64,000 nt of DNA from NCBI GenBank assembly GCA_051294375.1, contig CM119265.1:5138355-5202354 (forward strand), read 5' to 3'. Source of the stretch: Paraspadella gotoi (lineage: Eukaryota > Animalia > Chaetognatha). Position 1 is the first letter of the stretch. Each line of letters begins with the position of its first letter. Positions 24,824 to 36,337 of the stretch are shown piece after piece. The notes beneath the pieces are model-generated. The model was not told where the DNA came from, did no database searches, and saw only the letters and a list, made by a program, of their open reading frames with translations. A program made the position numbers and the translations under genes.

Positions 24824-26985
24824 GGAAGCCCTCAATGATCGGAGAGGCTCTTTTGTTATTTCCAAAAGTCATTTTCGTCTATGGCCTGATGACGCTTTTG
24901 ACAAGAGAGGGATGCCACCGATTTCTATTGGTCCAAGTCTTTTCAAGGGAGCAATGAGCGTGTGACCGATGAGCAGTGAACAATGAGCAATGACCATGAG
25001 CACCCACATCGTTGCGTAAAAGTATCAAAACGAACTTGATCCTGATCGTCGATAAACCAGAAATTCCTCTCATTGGCCCCTTCATCACCAACCGCCATCC
25101 TTATCCCATCCTGAACTGATTGTCGAGATCCTACTTAATTTCCGTCTCTTCGTCCACGCTCGCCGCGAGCTTCTAACCCGCGCTTGCAAACAACCGGCGA
25201 CTTACCCTGAATCTTACCTCTAACCGCAGCCTTACCTTTTGGACGGTAATCCCCCGTGTCGAAGCCCGAAGGTAAATGAGTTGGTGATGGTGTCAGGCGT
25301 TCAGCGTCAGGCAACGGGCGTCAGGCGTCAGGCGGCCTAACGTCGGTCTTGCATGAATGAGGTTTACTTCAGCCACTAATAGTTCCCGGCCTTCATCTTT
25401 TTTTCTATGCGGCTCTGGAATAGCGGGCTCCTCAAGCAACAATTTTTTGTCTCAGTTCAAATAAATGGTGGTCTCTCTGATCTTAGAAAACGTAACTTTG
25501 GCCAATTTGTATTTGTTATCATTATTAAAAACCTTTTTCTCATCGCCACATAATTAAAGCTAATAACTGGCTTTATAAGCAGAGAAAAATCCTTGCGGCA
25601 TTAAATGAAAACTCGTTTTCTCGTTTCCTGTCTCGCCATCTTTCACTCTTTGCGAAACAAATGGTCTATCCGACATCGTCATAATTTTCTTTTCTTTTTT
25701 TTTTGTTGAAAAATTAATTATCCCCTCAACCTGCGGTGTTCGCCCGCGCGCGCTGACTAGATGGGCGCTTATCCCGCTCAACATTCTCCGTCACCATGGA
25801 CGGCTGTAGACACTACATCATTTTAAACTCAGTTTATACTCATACAGTCATGCAGTCGCGCCAGTCTTTTTAACCGTAATATCCATAAGAGCATCATGAC
25901 TATTAATGTTGATTGTATGGCAACAGCCGGGTAGCCTGTGATGCCCATTGGGATGGGGCATCTCACTGTTGGCTTTGGGGGGCTTCCGACCCTCAGTGAC
26001 GCTCCAGTCACTGGCGCGGTTACCCTAGGACGGTCTTGCTTTGCCAACGCAGAGGGAAGTCGTTAGGACTGTGGATGGAACACTACGCCTGGGATGGTGT
26101 GTTCCCCCTCTGAGCCAATGTATTTGGCTGAAGGATGGAAGACGTGAGGCGGTGTGAATATACCGCCACAGTTGTACCAATACATATAAAAGTGAGAACG
26201 GCAATAACAAGCGCCTTCCTTTTCAACAACGACAACAACGACGACAACAACGACCATCGTCCTCCGCCGACCCTCTTTTTCTTCTTCGGGATTTTGGGTC
26301 CAAAGGGTCATCTCCTTTTCTTCGGCGCGATCCATTGTCCGACGACTGATTACTTCGTAACGACCCGAAGAAGCCCCCCCTGTGCCCCCCCCCCTCTTTG
26401 GAAGGGCCAATGCTGGTGCTTTACCCGAAAAAAGTCCTTTTTTTTCTACCCCGTGGCGAATTCCTTTCCAACCACTCCTCACAACCTCTTCACATCCATC
26501 CCTACCCGTCCAGCTGCAACCCCTTCCCCTCCAACAACCACGGGCCCCATTAGCCCGAAAAAGGAAGACCCGGCCCAAACTGGGCTTTTTCGGGAAGGAA
26601 AGAAAGAAGCGACTGGAGGGGAGCAGGGGGGCGGAGGAAGAAGAGAAAGGAATCGGGTCGAAGGGAACGAATAAAAAACTCGCCTTTCTTTTCTTATCTC
26701 CGGGGTTTTTTTTTCTTTCTCTTATTTTCCTTTTTCTCAACTCAGTCGGTTTTTTTTTTCGCCATTTTGTTTGTTTTTTTTGTTTATTTTAGTATTTTTC
26801 AGTGTACAAATATAAAATTACGCTATGTACAGCGTGAAAACTTTCAAAACGGTATCTGTATCGTACGCATATAACCCCAGCTCTCCGCACTTTCCCCAGC
26901 ACAAATCCACAACCACTCTCGAACCACTTCATATGCCACAAAGCGAGCGACTCTCACGCGCACCTGGGTCCCTCTCTCGGGACGA

Positions 26986-27019
<34 letters not shown>

Positions 27020-27273
27020 AACTTTGACGGAGACGAAAAAAAAAAATATACGACGCCGATGACAAGAACGAGCAAGAAAAAAAATCCCGGGGAAATTCAA
27101 AACGGATCATCGACGATAAACAAAAGGCTGTGGCTTTATCCACTCCCTTGGGGTGTGGAGGGATGGAGGAGGGGGAGTGTGGGAGTAGACGGGAGTGGGA
27201 TGTGGAAGAGACGAGATCTGGGGGGAAGGAGGAATATATATGTGTAAAATAATGCTAAGAAAGTAGAAGAGAA

Positions 27274-27345
<72 letters not shown>

Positions 27346-28338
27346 GAGTAATGTGGTTCAGATTCGCTCGAGGTCGTAGGCGAGGATGTTCTGGTCTTAA
27401 GAGTGGTTTGATGAATCGATAAAGTGGGGAAAGGTTGGATGGTTTGAGACAGAGGTGTGGACTGTGGAGTGATGTTTAAAGGGGGGGGTGAAATGGGCTA
27501 AAGTTTAGGAACTAAAAAAGAAAAAAAAAAAAGAAGTTGGGGGGTTGGAATCAAGTTGGGGGGGGGTTGGAATCAATTTCGTCGCGGAAGCCGAAGGCGA
27601 AGGAACCGACGAAATTTAATCTCCTCTAGAATCGAGATTCCGTCGAGAAAAAAAATACGGGGTAAAAGAGAAAAAAAAAAAACCGAAGATTGCGAGGAAC
27701 AAAAGAGGAAGAAGGAAAAGAGAAAGGAGGTTGGTTATTGGGGACGGGGGGCTGGGGGATCTGGAGGCCACTCCGGAAGCGGAGAAGAAAGAAAATTTCG
27801 GTAAAGAGAGCGGACGAAAGAGCGGAAGCGGAAAAAAGGCGAAGCGGAAGCGATGCCACTCGATTCGACGGGACGGAAAATGTAGCTCGGTTCCTTCGTT
27901 TAAAAAAAAAAAAAATGGCGGCTTTTATGTTCGAATTTAGGGTGAGATTAAAATTTTAATTATTTCACTATGCGCGAGGTTTTTTTTTTTAAAGAGATTA
28001 AAACGCGTGACCCTGGAAAGGGAGGTTGGAAACGGGCGGAGCCGTGCTCGGTGAACCGCGTCACATGGCGCCGAAGTTACGTCGAAGGTTGGCATAGACT
28101 TTTTTTTCTAAAAGCGCCTCTATTAAAGCGAAAGCCAAGCTCTTTTATTTTAATCGTTTAAAACTACTGTTTTAATTTGAGCCGCCTCGACAATAAGATT
28201 TTTTCATTCCTTATTGGCTAACTTTTAAGACATTTCAAACACTTTTATTAAAAGTCGGTTGAATTTGGGTAACAGCGAAGGACGAAACTGGACGAGGCAT
28301 GTAAGGGGTGAACTTAGGTAATATTTTGCCTGATTAAC
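24631..28338. repeat. Left arm of a ~3.7-kb inverted duplication (right arm 30133-33803)
   Basis: AAGCGAGGCCTCAACTTTAC...GCCTGATTAAC is the reverse complement of 30133-33803, differing mainly by indels. Confidence 0.95.
25805..26209. mobile_element. ~405-bp TGT...ACA-bounded, hairpin-rich insert; possible solo LTR (inverted duplicate at 32298-32702)
   Basis: Termini TGTAGAC...AATAACA. Balanced composition unlike the flanks, and several hairpins. No convincing TSD. Confidence 0.4.
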
Positions 28339-29016
28339 TGAGCAAAGTGTTTCTGAAATTGCCTAGGTAAAGAAATGATTTTCTTAATAAAATATAGGCA
28401 ATTTATGAATCAAAATATTTTGCTTATATTTATTTTTAAAGATAAATAAAACAATATATTTTCTTTTATTGTTTTAATTTCGTTATCAACTATATTTTCA
28501 ATTTGTTATTACTATATTTTAAGCCCAAAAATACTTTTCCTAGATGGTATGAAATATGATTATCAATAGTAGCATGGCATTAAGTCTGTAATCTACTTGG
28601 CTACTACCAGAACCAGAACCAATAAAATTATTAAGGAAGATTAATTAATTGATATTAATTAATTAATTCATTAATTAACAGATAGTAAAGAAATTAGTAA
28701 TAACAATGAGGATGCATACATTTAAAGAGATTTGCAATGTACGTAATTCAGTTGTATCCTGATATGATTGACAAGATTAAAACCTCGATCAAAGATGATG
28801 TAACAATGTACCCAAGACTCAAGTCGCCCATAAATATTTTGTATCTTATTAAAAATGGCAAAGCTAACTAGAATTCTATGCAAAATATGGATATGGATTA
28901 CTCAATACCTCCCAAGCTGATTATATTAAAAAATTCGAGCTCAATATAGAAAAGTAAATATCCTATGGATATAATTTTCAAATATTGTGTTGTTTCTTAC
29001 TTTCGTTGTGTTTTTA

Positions 29017-29503
29017 AGATTTGGAGAGAAAAAGAATTTCTTAACAACAACGACTTTTATTATGATTAAACATACATGTTTCGACTTAATTTGCAAATCT
29101 TCATCAGTGCTTATTTAATTTTGATAATACATAATTTTTTGTTTCACAAGTAAACAGTGAGAAGGATGGAGGGAAAGAGAGAGAGAGAGAGAAATAAATG
29201 TTTCTAACAAGAAATAAAAAAAAGGACAGTGGTCAGTTTTGAGGATAGGGTAAGTTTGAGCAGAGAGAGAGAAGGTGGTGAAAAGAAATTAGAATTTGGC
29301 AGAGAGAGAGAGAGAGAAAGATGCAGAGGTCAACAATTAGATCAATACATTATACATCTTATACATCTTATACATTATTCATCTTTCTTTCTCTCTGCCA
29401 AATTTCAATTTCTTTTCCTCACCACCTTCTTTCTCTCTGCTCAAACTTACCCTATCCTCAAAGCTGACCACTGTCATTTTTTTAATTCTTTGTTGGAAAC
29501 ATT

Positions 29504-29543
<40 letters not shown>

Positions 29544-29698
29544 CATCCCTTTCACTGTTTACTTGTGAAACAAATAATTATGTACTATCAAAACTAAATT
29601 TAGCTTACAGACTGATAAAGACTTGCAAATTAAATCAAAACATGTATGTTTAATCATAATAAAAAACATTGTTGTTAAATTTTTTTTTCTAAAAATCC
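29017..29698. mobile_element. Second copy of the ORF-less pLTR fold-back
   Basis: Near-identical to 23742-24420. Confidence 0.8.
29066..29113 (-). ncRNA. Intact minimal hammerhead ribozyme motif (duplicate of 23794-23842)
   Basis: Minus strand AAGCA-CTGATGA-A-GATTTGCAAATTAAGTC-GAAA-CATG-TA-TGTTT. Confidence 0.8.
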
Positions 29699-30132
29699 AA
29701 AAAAGTTTTCCTTCTATTTTTTCATCATTAACAAAGATTTTAACTCAAAATAAAAAATTGAATTTCAATGTTGAGCAAATTAAAGTTTTATATTTGATAA
29801 AGATTTTGTTTAAAATTAATACCGAAAAATATCCTATTTTGTAATTTTTTTAATTTTAAATTTAATTTAATATTATTGGTTTTAAATTATTGAAGAAAAT
29901 ATTTTCCCTTTTAAAATCTTAGCAAATTAGATCATAAGTTTGTCAGTTATATCTTAGTTTTAAAGCTCCTTTCCTCAATTAAAAATTGCCTACTTTTATT
30001 CAGTTAACTACTAGGTAAACCAAAAAATTGTCTATTACCTATTTAAGAAAAAAATTTTGCCTAAGTTCACCCCTTAGAGGCATGATTTTTTTGTTCATCT
30101 TACGAGTACAACATTATCGTTATCATTATTAT

Positions 30133-31481
30133 GTTAATCAGGCAAAATATTACCTAAGTTCACCCCTTACATGCCTCGTCCAGTTTCGTCCTTCGCTGTT
30201 ACCCAAATTCAACCGACTTTTAATAAAAGTGTTTGAAATGTCTTAAAAGTTAGCCAATAAGGAATGAAAAAATCTTATTGTCGAGGCGGCTCAAATTAAA
30301 ACAGTAGTTTTAAACGATTAAAATAAAAGAGCTTGGCTTTCGCTTTAATAGAGGCGCTTTTAGAAAAAAAAGTCTATGCCAACCTTCGACGTAACTTCGG
30401 CGCCATGTGACGCGGTTCACCGAGCACGGCTCCGCCCGTTTCCAACCTCCCTTTCCAGGGTCACGCGTTTTAATCTCTTTAAAAAAAAAAAACCTCGCGC
30501 ATAGTGAAATAATTAAAATTTTAATCTCACCCTAAATTCGAACATAAAAGCGCCCATTTTTTTTTTTTTTTAAACGAAGGAACCGAGCTACATTTTCCGT
30601 CCCGTCGAATCGAGTGGCATCGCTTCCGCTTCGCCTTTTTTCCGCTTCCGCTCTTTCGCTTCCGCTCTCTTTACCGAAATTTTCTTTCTTCTCCGCTTCC
30701 GGAGTGGCCTCCAGACTCCCCAGCCCCCCGTCCCCAATAACCAACCTCCTTTCTCTTTTCCTTCTTCCTCTTTTGTTCCTCGCAATCTTCGGGTTTTTTT
30801 TTCTCTTTTACCCCGTATTTTTTTTTCTCGACGGAATCTCGATTCTAGAGGAGATTAAATTTCGTCGGTTCCTTCGCCTTCGGCTTCCGCGACGAAATTG
30901 ATTCCAACCCCCCCCAACTTGATTCCAACCCCCCCAACTTCTTTTTTTTTTTTCTTTTTAGTTCCTAAACTTTAGCCCATTTCACCCCCCCCTTTAAACA
31001 TCACTCCCACAGTCCACACCTCTGTCTCAAACCATCCAACCTTTCCCCACTTTATCGATTCATCAAACCATCTTAAGACCAGAACATCCTCGCCCTACGA
31101 CCTCGAGCGAATCTGAACCACCATTACTCATGACTCCTTCATCTCTCTCTCTCTCCTCTCTCCCCCCTCTCTCTCTTCTCTCTCTCTCTCTGCTCTCTCT
31201 CTCCTCTCTTTTTTCCTTTCCTTCCTCTACTTTCTTAGCATTATTTTACACATATATATTCCTCCTTCCCCCAGATCTCGTCTCTTCACATCCCACTCCC
31301 GTCTACTCCCCACACTCCCCCTCCTCAGCCGTGCATCCCTCCACACCCCCAAGGGAGTGGATAAAGCACCAGCCTTTTGTTTATCGTCGATGATCCGTTT
31401 TGAATTTCCCCGGGATTTTTTTTTCTTGCTCGTTCTTGTCATCGGCGTCGTATATTTTTTTTTTTCGTCTCCGTCAAAGTT

Positions 31482-31515
<34 letters not shown>

Positions 31516-33665
31516 TCGTCCCGAGAGAGGGACCCAGGTGCGCGTGAGAGTCGCTCGCTTTGTGGCATCGAAGTGGTTCGAGAGTGGTTGTGGATTTGTG
31601 CTGGGGAAAGTGCGGAGAGCTGGGGTTATATGCGTACGATACAGATACCGTTTTGAAAGTTTTCACGCTGTACATAGCGTAATTTTATTTGTACACTGAA
31701 AAATACTAAAATAAACCAAAAAAACAAACAAAATGGCGAAAAAAAAACCGACTGAGTTGAGAAAAAGGAAAAATAAGAGAAAGAAAAAAAAACCCCGGAG
31801 ATAAGAAAAGAAAGGCGAGTTTTTTATTCGTTCCCCTTCGACCCGATTCCTTTCTCTTCTTCCTCCGCCCCCCTGCTCCCCTCCAGTCGCTTCTTTCTTT
31901 CCTTCCCGAAAAAAGCCCAGTTTGGGCCGGGTCTTCCTTTTTCGGGGCTAATGGGGCCCGTGGTTGTTGGGGGGGAAAGGGGTTGCAGCTGGACGGGTAG
32001 GGATGGATGTGAAGAGGTTGTGAGGAGTTGGTTGGAAAGGAATTCGCCACGGGGTAGAAAAAAAAGGACTTTTTCGGGGTAAAGCACCAGCATTGGCCCT
32101 TCCAAAGAGGGGGGGGGCACAGGGGGGGCGCTTCTTCGGGGTCGTTACGAAGTAATCAGTCGTCGGACAATGGATCCGCGCCGAAGAAAAGGAGATGACC
32201 CTTTGGACCCAAAATCCCGAAGAAGAAAAAGAGGGTCGGCGGAGGGACGATGGTCGTTGTTGTCGTCGTTGTTGTCGTTGTTGAAAAGGAAGGCGCTTGT
32301 TATTGCCGTTCTCACTTTTATATGTATTGGTACAACTGTGGCGGTATATTCACACCGCCTCACGTCTACCATCCTTCAGCCAAATACATTGGCTCAGAGG
32401 GGGAACACACCATCCCAGGCGTAGTGTTCCATCCACAGTCCTAACGACTTCCCTCTGCGTTGGCAAAGCAAGACCGTCCTAGGGTAACCGCGCCAGTGAC
32501 TGGAGGCGTCACTGAGGGTCGGAAGCCCCCAAAGCCAACAGTGAGATGCCCCATCCCAATGGGCATCACAGGCAACCCGGCTGTTGCCATACAATCAACA
32601 TTAATAGTCATTGATGCTCTTATGGATATTACGTTAAAAAGACTGGCGCGACTGCATGACTGTATGAGTATAAACTGAGTTTAAAATGATGTAGTGTCTA
32701 CAGCCGGTCCATGGTGACGGAGAATGTTGAGCGGGATAAGCGCCATCTAGTCAGCGCGCGCGGGCGAACACCGCAGGTTGAGGGGATAATTAATTTTTCA
32801 ACAAAAAAAAAAAAAAGAAAATTATGACGATGTCGGATAGACCATTTGTTTCGCAAAGAGTGAAAGATGGCGAGACAGGAAACGAGAAAACGAGTTTTCA
32901 ATTTAATGCCGCAAGGATTTTTCTCTGCATATAAAGCCAGTTATTAGCTTTTAATTATGTGGCGATGAGAAAAAGGTTTTTAATAATGATAACAAATACA
33001 AATTGTGCAACGTTACGTTTTCTAAGATCAGAGAGACCACCATTTATTTGAACTGAGACAAAAAATTGTTGCTTGAAGGAGGCCCGCTATTCCAGAGCCG
33101 CATAGAAAAAAAGATGAAGGCCGGGAACTATTAGTGGCTGAAGTAAACCTCATTCATGCAAGACCGACGTTGCGGCCGCCTGACGCCTGACGCCCGTTGC
33201 CTGACGCTGAACGCCTGACACCATCACCAACTCATTTACCTTCGGGCTTCGACACGGGGGATTACCGTCCAAAAGGTAAGGCTGCGGTTAGAGGTAAGAT
33301 TCAGGGTAAGTCGCCGGTTGTTTGCAAGCGCGGGTTCAGAAGCGTGGGACGAAGAGACAGTAAGTTAGGATCTCGACAATCAGTTCAGGATGGGATAAGG
33401 ATGGCGGTTGGTGATGAAGGGGCCAATGAGAGGAATTTCTGGTTTTATCGACGATCAGGATCAAGTTCGTTTTGATACTTTTACGCAACGATGTTGGGTG
33501 CTCAATGCTCATTGCTCATTGTTCACTGCTCATCGGTCACAGCTCATTGCTCCCTTGAAAAGACTTGGACCAATAGTGGCATCCCTCTCTTGTCAAAAGC
33601 GTCATCATGCCATAGACGAAAATGACTTTTGGAAATAACAAAAGAGCTCTCCGATCATTGAGGGC

Positions 33666-33717
<52 letters not shown>

Positions 33718-33803
33718 TCCAGCTCATGCCTCCCTGGGAAGATTAGTTTTCGGACCGAAGGCGGATTTAGGGTAAGTTTAGTCAGTAAAGTTGAGGCCTC
33801 GCT
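30133..33803. repeat. Right arm of the ~3.7-kb inverted duplication
   Basis: Reverse complement of 24631-28338. Confidence 0.95.
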
Positions 33804-34499
33804 TCAAATAAACCCCTCACCCTTTGTGTAGACGGGTTTCGCGAAGAAGAAGACGACGACGATAATGACGACGATGAAGACGACGACGACGACGATTAGG
33901 CCAAAGACGCGAGTGATGATGAATCGAGAGATTCATTCCGAATAAAAAAAATAGGTAAGAATGGTTCCGATGACAATGGTGGGGTAAGATGATTGCAGTA
34001 CTGAAAGGCGGCTGTGGTATGGGGTTCACATGCTTCAGGTTTTGGTTAAAAATTCGTACAAGTTATAAATACTAATAATAACGTTTCTCAAAAAGTGTGG
34101 AAGCGATTTCCTTTGTGTGGAAAAATTGAAAAATAATTTAAAAATAACTCTCATGATATTTATATTATAACCCATTTTTTAAACCATGAAAAGGCATACA
34201 GGGAACTGCTATCAAATATAAATTATTCAAACTTTGTTAAAACGTTTGATTATTGCATTCACCCCATGATCAAACACTCTCCAGGTCTTCGCCTCCCTGA
34301 CTCCATGAAAAATCGTCTCTTCTACGACTCGGAATTGTGAAGAAGAAGAGGAAGAGGAGGAAGAGGAGGATGAGCCAAAGGAGGGCAACGAGGAAGAGAA
34401 GGAGGACAATGGGGAGAGGAGGGAGATTCACAGAGTTCGAAGTCCTAATTGTTCCAGGATGGATGTTGGGCTATAATGAAGCCCCCTTCTTCTTTTTAC

Positions 34500-34554
<55 letters not shown>

Positions 34555-34801
34555 GTGACGCGGGTAGAGCAGGAAGGATGAAATATGTAGACTGGGAGTC
34601 GGTGTTTGTCCGCGAATTCTTGATGGGACTTATGTGGGGGAAGAGATAGAGAGGGAGTTAGAGAGAGGGAGAGAGAGAGAGAGAGGGAGAGAGTGAGAGA
34701 GAAAGCGCGCTCGACCGACACAAATGACGTAACTAATAATAACCTATGCAAAATGCATACAAAATTCTACGACATCTGTTCTTGCGTGAGAGTACACTGT
34801 A

Positions 34802-35085
34802 CAGTAGAGCGTAGTGAAAGTTACATACAAAAATTATAAATGTCATTTGTGAACAACATACCATCAGTGAACATTAATTTTAAAAAAAATAATTTTATGT
34901 TCTTCAATTTTCGCGGTAGGTTATATTTATATATAATCATATCTCTTAATAAAGATCGAAAATTTTAAAATAGGCTTTCTAAATTTGATTGCAAGATTGA
35001 ATTCTCGTCAAAAGTTGATCAAAGGAAAATATATATATAATATAAATCATTTTTAAAAAATTATTTCATTAAGTGGGTTAAAATT
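34802..35085. mobile_element. Diverged half-copy of the MITE family at 11736-15912, without the PLE insertion
   Basis: GCGTAGTGAAAGTTACATAC...GAACAACATACCATCAGTG matches the reverse complement of 15778-15905. It continues directly into the reverse complement of 12080-12195 (...CATTAAGTGGGT). Confidence 0.8.
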
Positions 35086-35456
35086 CGTTGCTCACTTTTA
35101 AGAATTTTAATTAGTTAATAATAAGTATTGTTTAATGTCAGGTTACGGAATGTGGATTTTGTGGTCTTTGTGTGAACGATTTGAACGACGAGGGAGAAAG
35201 AAAGAAAAAGAAAAGGAAGAGAGAAAAAAAAAAAAAAAAAAGATGGAAAAAAGATTCTCCGATGTCGAGCGAAATGAAAAAAAGGTAAAATTGAAGATGG
35301 ATGATGTAAATAATGGCTTGCCGGGATAATATATACGGGGAAGGGAAAACGGGTAGGGTAAGGAGGGAGGAAATGGTTGGAGGCAGGGTGAGGGGTGAGG
35401 GGGAGGAGAAGAGAGAAGTGGGTGAATGGTGATGCTGAGGAAGGAGAGAGAGGGGG

Positions 35457-36337
<881 letters not shown>

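Larger units (their letters stand above)
28304..30074. mobile_element. Non-autonomous TIR DNA transposon (1771 bp), superfamily unassigned
   Basis: TA|AGGGGTGAACTTAGG...CCTAAGTTCACCCCT|TA: perfect 15-bp TIRs with TA on each side. Subterminal TTGCCTA/TAGG(C/T)AA repeats at both ends, AT-rich interior, no intact ORF. Confidence 0.82.

Noticed and set aside
33831-33899. Acidic mini-exon DGFREEEDDDD...*
   Set aside because: Indistinguishable from the many (GAC)n microsatellites in the window.
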